Below, piece after piece: positions 36,481-49,729 of a DNA stretch of 64,000 nucleotides (positions within the stretch are counted from its first letter, which is position 1; every line of letters starts with the position of its first letter). Origin of the DNA: Felis catus (lineage: Eukaryota); NCBI RefSeq assembly GCF_018350175.1, contig NC_058369.1:16618001-16682000 (forward strand), given 5' to 3'. The notes beneath the pieces are model-generated. The model was not told where the DNA came from. It did no database searches and saw only the letters and a program-made list of their open reading frames with translations. The position numbers and the translations under genes were made by a program.

Positions 36481-37618
36481 CGGGAGCGGCTGGAGGCGGC
36501 GACGCGAGCCCCCTCCCCGCGGCAGGGCGACGCGCGGGAGGGGAGGGGAGGGGAGGGGAGGAGGCCGCTGGTCCGACCGCGGCGGCGGCGGCGGCAGGGG
36601 CGGCCCGCGTCGCTTGCTCGCTCGTTCCCTCCCTCCCTCCGGCGCCCGCCCGCCCGCCGCTCTCTCCCCCACACACTCACACGGGTAGCGACGCGCACCC
36701 CGCCAGCCCCTCCGCCGCACAGGCCCGGCCCCTTAAAGGGACACGCACGGGCCGCGCGTCCGCCGCCAGTCGGCGCTCCCGCAGCTGCCGGGCGACCCCC
36801 AGGCGGGGGCGGGTCGGCCGGCCCGAGTCTGCCCGCGGCTTCCCGGAACAATAAGCTCCGGGCCCGAGCGCCGTGGACCCGCCCGGGACCCCAAGTGAAG
36901 GCGCCGCGGCGACCTCTCCGTCAGGCCCGCCGAGGCGGCGGGGGGCTGAGGCGTGACCCGGCCCGGCCCCAGGCTGTTGGCAGGCGACGTCGGGGGAACG
37001 GCCCGAGCCCGCCGGGACTCTAACCTTCCTGCCCCGCCGCCCGTAGCACCGACGTCCGCGGCCGCGCCGACGACGGCCCCTCCCCCGGGTCCCGGGACTC
37101 TGAGGTACCGCGGTCGCCGCTCCTCCCGAGCCTGTCTCCCTTCTCTCCTTTATTTCTCCTGCTCGCGCGCTCTCCCCCTTGCCGCCTCATCTCGCCCCTC
37201 GGCAGGAACGGAAACGGAGCCAGGCCGGGGATTCGCCCGGAGCCCAAGCTCCCCGGACGCCCCCTCCTCCTCCCCGCCTCCCTCTGGGTCATCTGCCCCC
37301 CACCCCCACCCCAACTCGGCCAGGCCACCGCGCCAGCCTTCCGCCGGCTGCTTAAGGCCTCGGAACAAACATCCTTTTTAAAGGCTGCTAATCACTTTCC
37401 TGCAAAGATGACACGGTGAGCTTAAAGGGGACAACTTGAAAGGGCCAGGGTTTTTAGTTCTTATTTTTGGAAGGAGAAACAAGAATGCGCAAAGCCTTTA
37501 GCTAAACGCTCGGGGCGTTGAAGAGTTCGTGGCAACTGATCATTTTGAAATTGGGAGTTCACAGGATCACCATAAGTTTGAGTAAGATTTTACCAGCAGA
37601 CGGCTGCACGGAAGTCTG

Positions 37619-37985
37619 TGTTGTGGACTGGAATGTTCGCTTGCCATCCCCCCCCCCCCCCCCCCCCGTTGAAAACCCTAACCTCTCAGGGATTAGGAGG
37701 TGGGGCCTTTGAGGTGATTAGGTCATGGGGGTGGAGCCCTCCTGAATGGAATTAGTGCCCTTATAAAAGAGACCCCATTGAGCTCTCTCGCTGTGCTGTG
37801 TGCCACGTGAGGGAGGACTCAAGGAGAAAAGGGAGGACTCCCACCCAGAAGAGTTCCTCCAGCAGACTTCAGCCATGCCGGCACCTGCACTCCGATTTGC
37901 AGCGTGCAGAACCGTCAGCACTAAATTTCGGTTGTTTGTAGCCACCCAGTCCATGGTATTCTGCTATAGCAGCCTAAAACAAGAC
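37619..37985 (+). mobile_element. MaLR solo LTR (MLT1A-like)
   Basis: ggaggtggggcctttgaggtgattaggtcatg...ggagccctc...tgcccttataaaagagacccc...gccacccagtccatggtattctgctatagcagcc. Confidence 0.85.
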
Positions 37986-40384
37986 GGTATGTGTCCTGAT
38001 TACTGACGTGTGACCTAAGTGAATTGACATCCTTTATTAGCTCTTTTTTATATCCTGTGTGCGCGCACGTGTCCGTGCCTGCGTGCATAAATTCATATGC
38101 AGGCAGTGTCTATTAGCGTTTTCTCATCGTTTCTCACTTGGGGGTCATTTTGGCTTTTTTTTTTTTTTTCTGTTGCCTTTAGGCATAGGATCCAGGTGCA
38201 GGGCCCATCTGATTCCCTAGATTCAAGTCTCCCATGACCACTTCTCTAGAGACCATGAACGTTACATAATTTCTGTGTTTTTTTTTTTTTTTCTCATTGT
38301 GAGATGAGAATAATGATGTGGACAGGTCTGTTTTTAAGGATTAAATGAGAGGATATTTGTAAAGCTCTAAACCTCCAGTAAATGTCAGCACTTAATCAGA
38401 CATTTCAGGGCAGTGGTTACGTGTACCAGCCCTGCCACTTTCTAGTATGTGACACTGGGCATGGTTACTCTTCATGCATGATTGTTGGAGGATTGAATAC
38501 TATGAAATGCCTTCATCTGTTGTTGTACCAGCGTTTTTTGTGCACGTATTTTAAATCCAAAGAGGATGTATCTTCAGAACTTCTTCTTGGGCCTGGCCTC
38601 TTGATCAAAGCTGTGGAATAATTTGGTCTTTAGCATTATTATTATATATTGACTGCCTCCTGTTTTGTTACACGAAGCCTTCTGCAAATGTGTTTGAAGG
38701 AAAAATGTCAAACGTCTTAAGGTGAAACCTAAGAAGCATTTATCCCTGGTGAGCTGAAAACCATAAAAACCTTCATAATTGCTCCTGCCATTACTGCTTC
38801 CTGTTGACCCACCCCAGGGGACCCCAGGGTAGCCTTTAGTGACCTTGAAACAAAGTTGACTCAGGCATCTCTTGCTTTGGGGTAGACAAAAGGCCAAAAG
38901 TTGGACATTGTCCACTGTTCGGCTCCAGGTACCTGGTAAAGAGTTGGGGGGAAAATGTGGTTGAGGGGATGGCAGAGGCACCAGTTGCCCCCTCTTCAAA
39001 AATACATGTAAAAATACATGTATTTACAAAAAGATGTATTTGTAAACAAAATGTTTAAGGTTTAAGGTAATATACTGGCAAGACAGAACTGACACACACA
39101 GAAATAACACAATCAAGACAGTGAGGTATCTAAAGTGCCACTGGACGGTACTTTTTTTTTTTTTTTTTTTACACCTCCAATGTGCCCAGGCCAAAGCTCT
39201 CCTGCCTCACATAGGAACCTGGCCAAAGCTCTAGAGAGAGGAAAATGGTCATTCCCATCCTTGAACCCACAGCTGAAGCTGAATGGGGAAACCACTCGTA
39301 ACCTCTTACTCTTGCCTCTTCCCATCCCGCTCTTCTCGCACCGAATCTTTTCCCCAGGTGAGGATTCTCAGGAGACTGGTTGTGCTCAAGAGATGCCAGT
39401 TTGGAACAGACCAGCAAGCCCCAGGCCTTCAAGTCCTAGGACTCCTCGAAGTTCCTTGCTTTGCCAAGAGGGGGCAGAGTTGACAGTGGCAACAAGGCCA
39501 ACATTGGGAGTGGGAGCAGGGCAGTGTGGGCAGTTGTGCCTCTACCCATGGGCTCCCACAAAAACTCTCACCCTGGCAGAGTCAGGCCTATTGTGGCAGC
39601 CATAGCCTGTGGTTAGTAGTCATCTGCGGATACATGAAAGGTTGAATATGGTATCAGAGAGGCAGTTTGGGAGTATGCATGAATAGCATACGCAAAGCTG
39701 GGTTATATCAAGGTCAAATGTTTGAAAATTCAGGCTTGCCAGTACAAGACTCATGTAGATCACAACAGTTTGTGAGATATTTACTCAGTTTCCTTGATTA
39801 TTTAAATATTATCTTGAATCTGTTCCCAGCTGACATGATCCTTATCTATTTATTCTTTCCACCCCCCCACCATGTGCTCTTTAATAGAGGAATGGTGTGT
39901 ATTACAGATTCCAAAAATGTCTTTTTCTTTATTTGGTCCCTGGGAACCCAAAATTAGCTGTTGCTATGATTGTATATTAACCAAAAAAATCATAAATGCA
40001 TACAGGTCCATTCTAGCATTAGAGTAGAAACATGACTTGGGCATTTAGAAGCTGTTACATACTGTTTTTTTATGGTGATTTACTGCTTAGTTTTAATAGA
40101 TCAACAAATTATTCTGTTACAACTGAAATTGATTCCTTTCCATTAATTAAAAATGTAATGAGATACTGGTTGGATCACTTGGATCAAGTGATTTAAATGT
40201 GTATTTACTTCCCTGTAGGATAGAAATATATAAAGCCAACATCTTAGCATTTAGGGAGGATAAAATGTGATAATGTCTGAGAAAGTACTTGGTGAATGTA
40301 AACTAACAGCCATGCGCCAAAAAATTAGCTACCTTATAAATTTATGTAGATACCCGAAGCTCGGCATAATTGAAAGTTATTTTA

Positions 40385-40600
40385 GGGGCACCTGGGTGGC
40401 GCAGTCGGTTAAGCGTCCGACTTCAGCCAGGTCACGATCTCGCGGTCCGTGAGTTCGAGCCCCGAGTCAGGCTCTGGGCTGATGGCTCAGAGCCTGGAGC
40501 CTGTTTCCGATTCTGTGTCTCCCTCTCTCTCTGCCCCTCCCCCGTTCATGCTCTGTCTCTCTCTGTCCCAAAAATAAACAAACATTGAAAAAAAAAAACC
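40385..40600 (+). mobile_element. Young SINEC_Fc-type SINE
   Basis: Near-consensus; long TSD ataattgaaagttattttta. Confidence 0.93.
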
Positions 40601-43600
40601 CCAAATAATTGAAAGTTATTTTAGATTTAATCAGTGTACAAAAGATAGGTAGCATCCTTTAGAATAATGGTTATTTTAACTGTTCTACACAAATCTATCA
40701 CACCCTTTGGCTCTGGAATTCCTTAGAGAAAAGAGTATAGTTGCAATTGATCTTCAATCATGTTCAATCTGCAGATCTCCACACAAGAGGAATCTGTGAA
40801 ACAATACGCAACCCATACTGAGTCCTATCACATACATTATTTATGTCAAGTGAGCACCTTCCTCTGGAGTAGTAGTATACTCTGTAATCGTCTTTTCTCT
40901 TCCATATCTCTTTGTTAACTGACTTCCATTACCTAAGTCTATCTTCCCAACTCCTGTCATTGTAGGCAGAAGCATCATTGTCTTTCATATTTTATAGTGT
41001 TTGGCCTGTATGTTCCAGGTGTGTAATAAATACTTTGCTACTTTTTTTAAAACCTTACCTTTTTTTTTTTTTTTTTTTTACTCTTTTCCTTTTAGAAACT
41101 CCTCAAGTGTTCACATTGGATTTTTCTGTCAAGACTACATTGTTGACCAGCTAATAACATCCAGGTAAGCACTGTCTTTTGTGAAGACTCCTTCATAAGC
41201 CCCTGAGAGCCAACCATTTCATTGGGCTTGAAAGTGCTGACTTGAAAGAACCATACACTTAACCGTCAAGTACACAGGAATATTATTAGTTATGTGTTAA
41301 TATGTGTTAATCTCGTCTTCCCTACAAGAGTATCAAACACTCAGGGAACTGATGGAGCGTTTGTTCTATTGTGTTTTGATGTTGGCATCTTGGATCTCGG
41401 GAGCTACTTATTGCATCTTTCTTCCCAGCCTTGTCTCTCCCAGCAAAGGACTAAACTCATTTTAACAGATTAATAAACCAAAGATCCGAGACATTAAGGT
41501 ACTTACCTAGAGTCACATGACTTTTAAGGAATGATAGAGCCAGGATTTGACTGTGGCTCTCTGATTCAAGATATTTTCAGACAAAATATCTGGAGTTTAC
41601 CACCAACAGAAAACACTCCCTGATGCAAGAAGCAAAGAAATTGGTAAGTAAGTGGTTAAAATTAAAAATGCAATAAAGGAATAATACTAACAATGTGTGT
41701 GGTTAATGAAGTAAGGCAAGATGGAACTAATATCCTGGACAACAAAGTCATACTTTGAAGTGGGAAGGGTGGGATGATGATTAGACTTAGTTTTCCAAAG
41801 TCCTTGTATTATTTGGGAAGACAATAAAAATATTGATTAAGCTTTATTCTTTTAAGTATTCAAGTTAAAATATCTCAGGTAACTAAGAGTTTTAATTTCT
41901 AAATTAATAGAGGGAGAAAATAGAATAAAAATCCAACAAAAGCATCATGATGATAGAAAAAAGAAACAAATAGTGAAACAAATAGAAATCACAAATAATA
42001 TGGTAAAAAATAAATGCAAATATTTCAGTAACTATAGTAAATGTAAGCCGAATAAAGTCTCCAATTTAAAAAAAGAATGCAGGGGCGCCTGGGTGGCTTA
42101 GTCGGTTAGACTTTGGCTCAGGTCATGTTCTCACAGTTTGTGGTTCAAGCCCCGCGTTGGGCTCTGTGCTGCCAGCTCAGAGCCTGGAGCTTGCTTCTGA
42201 TTCTGTGTCTCCCTCTCTCTGGCCCTCCCCCGCTCATGCTCTGTCTCACTCTCTCTCTCAAAAATAAACATTAAAAAAAATGTTTTTAAATAATAAAAAA
42301 TAAAAAAAGAATGCAAACAGACAAGAAAACAAAATCCAACAATATGCTATTTTTGAAACATTCTCAAAACGAAGAACATAGAAAAATGTAGGAGGATGGA
42401 AAAAGATGTCAGGCTAATGTATCAGTAGAAAGCTTACCGGTAACATCAGACAAACTAAGAATAAATGAAGGTTGCTAAATAATGGTAAGTTCAGGACCCT
42501 AGGACTTAAGAATTCTAAACGTGTATGTTCATAATTACAGGTCCTTAAAATACTGAAAGCAAACTTTCACAGAACTATGAGAAAAATGTATAAATTTCCC
42601 ACTGTAGTGGAGATTTTAATACACCTCAAAATAATGAATGGATAGATCTTACAAGAATCAGAAGATATGAGCAACATAACTAAGAGATTAAGGGGCACCT
42701 GGGTGGCTGTGTCAAACGTCTGACTCTGGATTTCAGCTCAGGTCATGATCTCACGGTTTGTGAGTTTGAGCCCCACGTGTGGCTCTGCACTGACAGTGCG
42801 GAGCCTGCTTAGGATTCTCTCTCTCTACCTCCCTCCCTCTCTGCCCCTTCCCTGCTCATGCTCTCTCTCTCAAAATAAATAAAGTTTAAAAAAAAAACGA
42901 GACTGAATTAATAGACATATTAAATGTTGTGCTTAATAGAGCATTCATATCCTTTTAATGCACACATGTGAGATATTTATGAAGATTGACCACATGTATG
43001 TCCATGTGGTAATTCTCAACAAATTTTAGATGACTGATGTTGCGTAAGCCACATTCTCTAACAAACATGCAATTAAGTCAGAAATCACTAAGGGGAGAAA
43101 AATACATTTGAATATTGAAACACATGCTTGCAAATAACTTGTTGGTCAGAAAAAAAAAACTATGATGGGAATTACAAAATAATTGGAACTAAAGAACAAT
43201 GAAATGTAAATCCTGGATTTTCCTCACTAGGAAAAATTTTTTTCTTTTTGTTTTGTATCTAGATGAGAAGATGCATTTAACAGAGCCTAATGTGGTCATC
43301 ACTTCACAATATATGCCAATCAGACCATCACACTGTATGCCTCAAACTTACATGGTGATTTAATGCAATTATTTCTCAATAAAACTGGAAAAAATAGTGA
43401 AATACCAAAATCATAGATATAGCTAAAGCAGTAATTAAAGGGAAATTAGGAATTTAAATACTTATGGAGGAAAAGACAAAATTGACAATTACATGTCAAA
43501 CCTAAAGTAGAAGTAAAGAAAAAATAAAGATGAGAGTACAAAATTAATGAAAGAAAAGGCATACAATAGAGAAGATGCACAAAGCCAACAATTCGTTCTT

Positions 43601-44558
43601 TCTGAACTAACAATTCGACCAAACTCTGACAAACTGGGGAAAAAGTAGAAGATACAAGTAATGAGAAGAGGGACAAAACTGTGGAAACTACTGCAATGAT
43701 AAAATTGACCCAAAAAATGAACAATCTGATATCAATAAATTTGAAAACTTAGATCAACTCAGGTAACTTTCTAAGATAATAGAAATTAGCAAAACTGACT
43801 TAGTGAGAAATGAAAAGCCTATCTGTTCCTAAAACTATGAAAAAATTAATCAGTAGTCTGGGGTGCCTTGGTGGCTCATCGGTTAAGTGGCTGGCTCTTG
43901 ATTTCAGCTCCGGTCATAATTTCACAGTCATGGGATCCACCTGCATCAGGCTCTACACTCAGCATGGAGCCTGCTTGGAATTCTCTCTCTCCCTCTTTCC
44001 CTGCCTCTCCCTCGCTCGTTCTCTCAAAATAGATAAATAAACTTTTTTTTTCAACGTTTATTTATTTTTGGGACAGAGAGAGACAGAGTATGAACGGGGG
44101 AGAGGCAGAGAGAGAGGGAGACACAGAATCGGAAACAGGCTCCAGGCTCTGAGCCATCAGCCCAGAGCCCGACGCGGGGCTCGAACTCACGGACCGTGAG
44201 ATCGTGACCTGGCTGAAGTTGGACGCTTAACCGACTGTGCCACCCAGGCGCCCCAGATAAATAAACTTTTTAAAAAATGTTTAATAAGATTAATCAGTAG
44301 TCAATTTTCCCTCAAAAAGAAAGGAAGGGGTAGAAGGACAGACAGACTCAGACAAAGATAGGACAAAAAAAGGAAAAGGTTACAAGCTATTCTCATTCTT
44401 CAACAAAGATGGAATAATCCTGAACAAAATATTAAAGCAAATCCAGCGATTCATCAAAAAGATAAAAACTATAATCAAGTTGAATTTATTTCAGGAATGA
44501 AAGGGTTCAATGTTGCAAACTTTTTAAAGCAATTCACCATACTGACAAATTATGATGG

Positions 44559-45106
44559 TGTGATAGGCAGAATAATAGCTCCCCAAAGATGTCCACTTCC
44601 TCATCCCTAGAACCTGTGAGTATTTTTCTTTTTGCAGCAAAAGGGACTTGGATGTGATTGAGTTCCACACCTTGGGATGGGGAGGTTATCTTGGATTATC
44701 TGGGCTCAGTCTAATAAATCCTAAAAATGGAAGAGGAAGGCAAAAGAGAGATGAAAACGGGCAAGGACTTAACCTGCCTGTTGCTGGCTTTGAAAATGGA
44801 GGAAAAGGGCCATGAGCCAAGGAATGTGGCAGCCTCTGCAAGATGAAAATAACCCTCACTCATTTTTACAGCCAGCAAGAAAATAGGGACTGTGGTCCTA
44901 CAACCTCTAGGAACTGAATTCTGCCAATAACCCAAATGAGCAGGAAATAGATTTTCTCCCAGAGCCTCCAGAATGGAATGCAACCTGCCAATATTGTTTT
45001 TAGTTCAGTGAGACCCATACTGGATTCCTGGTGTGCAGAAATTTATGTTGTCTTATGCTTCTAAGTTTGTAGCAATTTGTTACATCAGCAATCGAAAACT
45101 AATACA
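44559..45106 (+). mobile_element. MaLR solo LTR (MLT1D/E-like)
   Basis: tgtgataggcagaataatagctccccaaagatgtccac ... gccatgagccaaggaatgtggcagcctct ... gttacatcagcaatcgaaaactaataca; TG...CA ends. Confidence 0.85.
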
Positions 45107-45999
45107 AGATGGTACAACCAAATACTTTTAGATGCAGGCAAAAGTGTTAACTTTCAGTAACCATTCTTAATTTTAAAAAAAGAAAAGAAAGAGGAAAAAA
45201 AAAAAAAACCTTTAACAAACCAGGAATAGAATGAAACTTCCTTAACCTGATAAAGATCTAGAGCAAACATGATACATCATTGTGAAATAATTTTTTATTT
45301 CTTTTGAAATTAAAAAGCAAAATGTTTGCTGTCACATTTCTTTTTTTCTTTTCTTTTTTTTTTTTTTTTTTGCTATCACCATTTCTTTTCAAATTGTACT
45401 TGAGTCCTAGCCAACAAAATAAAACAATGCAAGAAATAAAACACGTAAGAAGTGAAAAGGACAGTTGTTATTTACAGGTGGTATGATTGTCTATTTAGAG
45501 AACCCCAAATCATTTACAGAATAATACTTAGAACTAAAGACATTTCTTCAAGTTTTTCAGATTAAAAAAAAAAGCCAACTGCATTTCCATAATCCAGCAG
45601 TTAGAAAGCACAAGCAAATAAAACATACCATTTACAAAAACAACACCAACATCAAAATATGAGAGCTAGGTTATCTTACTGGTTATCCATCTGGAGAGCA
45701 AGTAAAAATGGATCCTTATTTCATATTTAACCTAAAAGTCAATTCCAGATGGATTAAAGACTTCAATATGAAAGGCAAAACATGGAAAGATTTAGAATAA
45801 AATATAGAATAATACATCATCTTTAGTACATGCCCATGTGATAGAAAAAATGTTCTTAAAATTCAAAGTGCAAACCAAAGGGGTCAAAACTCAGCTCCTT
45901 TGAAACTTTGTCGTCAAAAGACAAAAAGTGAAAGGAAAAATCATAAACTGGACAGAAAGACCTGCAACACACATAACAACAACAAAAGTATCTACACCC

Positions 46000-46114
46000 C
46001 AGTATAGTGGTACTAACCACATACAACTGGCAAGTACTTAAAATGTAACTAGGCCAAATTAAGATGTGTGTAAGTATGAAAAAGACACCAGATTGCAAAG
46101 AGTTAGTACAAAAA

Positions 46115-46170
<56 letters not shown>

Positions 46171-46349
46171 GTATATATGTATGCATGTATTACATGTTGA
46201 AATAATAATATCTTGGTAAGTATATTGTATTATTAAGTAAAAAATATAAAAAATAATTTGGCCTGTTCCTTACCACTATTTTAAATGAGGCTTCTAGAAC
46301 ATTTGAAATTACATTTTGACTTGCATTTTATTTCTGTTGGACAGCACTG
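46000..46349 (+). mobile_element. MER33/MER3-like hAT MITE containing (TA)n(CA)n
   Basis: ...aaatgtaactagg...tttgaaattacat...tttctgttggacagcactg end followed by atctaga. Confidence 0.7.
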
Positions 46350-48140
46350 ATCTAGAATATATAATGAATTCATGCAAATCAGGGGAAAAAAACAATTTTT
46401 TAAATTGGCAAATATCACCAAAGAGGACAAATTAATAGCTAAGAAACATTGAAAAGATGTTTTAGGGAAATCAGATACGATGCAGTGTTAGTGGGAGTGT
46501 TAATTAGTATAACAGCTTTGGAAAACAATTTGACTTTACCTAGTAAAGATGAGTATGGGCATACCCTACAACCCAACAACTACACTCTTAGATATGCAAA
46601 CTAGAGAAACTTGCACATGTACCACAAAGGCCATGTTTGGAAATGTTCTTAGCAGTATTGGCAAATGTCCCATCAACTGTAGTGTATTTATGTAAGGAAT
46701 GATTAAACAGCATTTGAAAACAGGGGCTCCTGGGTGGCTAAGTTGGTTAAGTGTCCAAGTTCAGCTCAGGTCATGATTTCACAGTTCATGAGTTCAAGCC
46801 CCACATTGAGCTTTCCACTCTCAGCCCAGAGCCTGCTTCAAATCCTCTGTATCCCTCTCTCTCTGCCCCCGCCCCCCCCAAAGAATAAAAAATAAGATGA
46901 AATTTCCAGCTACACCCATCAAAATGGTTAAATCTCAGGAACAGGGGTGCCTGGGTGGCTCTGTCAGTTAAGCGTCCCACTTTGGCTCAGGCCATGATCT
47001 CATGGGTTATGGGTTCAAGTCCCACATCGGGCTGTGTGCTGACAGCTTGGAGCCTGCTTGGATTCTGTGTCTCCCTCTCTCTGTACCCCTCCCCTGCTCA
47101 TGGTCTGTATCTCAAAAAATAATAATAATAAAAATAAATGTTAAAAAATAAAAATAAATCTTAATAACATAATAAGCAGGAAAAAAAGACATAAAAGGAT
47201 ATATAATTTTTTTCTATATGAAGTTTTACAAGTCAAAATTAACAGATTATGCAGGGATTTAAACAAGAAAATTCAGGGGTGCCTTGGTAGCTCAGTCAGT
47301 TAAGCATCTGAAGCTTGATTTTGGCTCAGGTCATGATCTCATGGTTCATAAGATGGAGCCCCACATCAGACTCTGCACTGACAGTGTGGAACCTCCTTGA
47401 GATTCTCTTTCTCTCTCTGCCCCTCCCCCCAAGAGTAAATAAATAAACATTTTTTTAAAAAAACATGTCAAAACTCAAAGGGAAAAAAACTGAAGGGAGA
47501 AGTAAAAAAATTCAGGTTCTTTTTTTTTCTATAGGGGGAAAAGGAATCATATGGAAGCATCCAGGAGGTTTCAGAGAATCACTAAAGCTCTATTTCTTAA
47601 ACTAGGTTGTAAGTACATAGTTGTTTTACTGTTATTTTGTCTACCCTCTGCTTGATTTAATAATTGTATCTACTTACTATTTTTTTTTTATTTTTTTTTA
47701 AGTTTATTTTTGGGAGAGAGAGTGAGAGGGGGAGGGGCAGAGAGAGATTGGGAGATTGGGAGAGAAAGAATCTATAGCAGGCTCTGCACTGTCAGTGTGG
47801 AGCCCAACGTGGGGCTTGAACTCATAAACCATGAGATTGTGACCTGAGCCGAGACAAGGAGTCGGACACTTAACTGACTGAGCTACCCAGGCGCCCCATC
47901 TACTTACTATTTAATAAAAATTTGTGTGTATCCTTTGACTTGGCAAATTCTATTTCTGAAATTCTAGTATATAGAAATAAAAATACTTGTACAAAGAATA
48001 AAGGTACCAAGATATTAATTGTATTGTTACTTATATTGGGGGAAATAAAGAGAATGCTCCTAAACAATGGAATGGAAGAATACATTTTGTAATATTCATA
48101 CCAAGGAATGTTAACGCTGTCATTTAAAAGAATGAATTTT

Positions 48141-48768
48141 TGGAATGCAAGCCAGTGCAGCCACTCTGAAAAACAGTATGGAGGTTCCTCAAAAAACTAA
48201 AAATAGAACTACCCTACGACCCAGCAATTGCACTACTAGGCATTCATCCAAGGGATACAGATGTGCTGTTTCGAAGGGACACATGCACCCCCATGTTTAT
48301 AGCAGTGCTATCAACAATACCCAAAGTATGGAAAGAGCCCAAATGTCCATCGATGGATGAATGGATAAAGAAGATGTGATATATATATGCAATGGAGTAT
48401 TACTCAGCAATCAAAAAGAATGAAATCTTGCCATTTGCAACTACGTGGATGGAACTGGAGGGTATTATGCTAAGTGAAATTAGTCAGAAAAGGCAAAAAT
48501 CATATGACTTCACTCATATGAGGACTTTAAGAGACAAAACAGATGAACATAAGGGAAGGGAAACAAAAAAAACAGGGAGGGGGACAAAACAGAAGAGACT
48601 CATAAATATGGAGAACAAACAGGGTTACTGCAGGGGTTGTGGGTGGGGGGATGGACTAAATGGGTGAGGGGCATTAAGGAATCTACTGAAATCATTGCTT
48701 CACTATATACCAACTAATTTGGATGTAAATTTTAAAAAATAAAAAATAAAGTTAAATCAAAAAATAAT
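48141..48768 (+). mobile_element. 5'-truncated carnivore L1 3' end (ORF2 C-terminus + 3' UTR), frameshifted
   Basis: MEYYSAIKKNEILPFATTWMELEGIMLSEISQ is the L1 ORF2p C-terminus; A-rich tail; TSD aaagaatgaatttt. Confidence 0.9.
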
Positions 48769-49729
48769 AAAGAATGAATTTTCTTAGGGGCACCTGGGTG
48801 GCTCAGTCGGTTGAGCATCCAACTTCAGCTCAGGTCATGATTTTGCGGTTTGTGAGTTTGAGCCCTGTGTCGGGCTCTGTGCTGACAGCTCAGAGCCTGG
48901 AGCCTGCTTCGGATTCTGTGTCTCCCTCTCTGCCCCACCCCTGCTCATGCTCTGTCTCTCAAAAATAAATAAACATTGAAAAAAATTTTTAATAAAATAA
49001 AGGAATGAATTTTTGCTATACTAGATGTTCTAGAGGAGTTTCCATGAGGTTTTGGGATTTGTTGAATAGGAAAAGCTTAAGATGCTTAAACTTCTATATA
49101 CATGCATTTAAAAAAAATTTTTTTTTCATACAGAAAGATACAAGTGGATATACGCTGTCTAGTTATCTTTTTTTGGACATTATTTTAAAGTTTATTTATT
49201 TATTGAGAGCGTATGCACACACAAATGGTGGAGGGGCAGAGAGAGAGAATCCCAAGGAGGCTCTATGCTGACAGCACAGAGCCTGTCATGGGGCTCGATC
49301 CCATAAACTGTGAGATCATAACCTGAACTGAGATCAAGAGTGGGACACTTAACTGGCTGAGCCACCCAAGTGCCTCTAGTTATCTTGATTTGAGAGTTAG
49401 GAGAAATGAAGGAAGGAGGAAATGATAGGAAAAAAAGAAAATTACCACCACATCCCAGTAAATATATTGTGATCCTGTGTATATATAAAACTACAGATGT
49501 TTGTATATGTTTAGAGATCCATTAAGAAATTGGGAGAAAAAAATAGAGTTGAATATATATTTACTGACACAGGGATATCAACTGAAAAAAGTTAAGTTCC
49601 AGAGTAGTATGTGTTCGGAGTCATACTAGTCATTTCAATTAAGCCAAAAGCCGTATATATGCATATTCATGTAAGAGCTTTTATAAATATATCTGAACAA
49701 TGAGAGATGCAGAGTATTATATTGTCTGT

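Larger units (their letters stand above)
35780..37350. promoter_or_regulatory. CpG island / SETD2 promoter, probably bidirectional
   Basis: Very GC- and CpG-rich block around exon 1 with GC boxes (GGCGGGGGCGGG ~36802-36813), CCG runs and CCGGAA ETS cores; flanks are CpG-poor. Confidence 0.93.
41580..47640 (+). mobile_element. Degraded old L1 (L1M-type) fragments interrupted by many SINEs, an LTR and a MITE
   Basis: A-rich L1-like text (tagtggagattttaatacacctc, attgaccacat, aaacttccttaacctgataaag, ccagatggattaaagactt); SINEs at ~42082, 42691, 43860, 44043(-), 46723, 46944, 47276. Confidence 0.65.

Noticed and set aside
36481..36720. 80-codon in-frame upstream extension of SETD2 from a GTG (track ORF 36406-36720)
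   Set aside because: Stop-free frames are expected in such GC-rich DNA, the GTG has a poor context and may lie upstream of the TSS; no independent support.
35631..37381. Many long overlapping ORFs (100-230 aa) in the CpG island
   Set aside because: Low-complexity Arg/Pro/Ala/Gly translations caused by stop-codon scarcity.
14204..40588. Recurrent peptide GAPGWRSRLSVRLQPGHDLAVREFEPRV
   Set aside because: Translation of SINEC_Fc copies, not a gene family.
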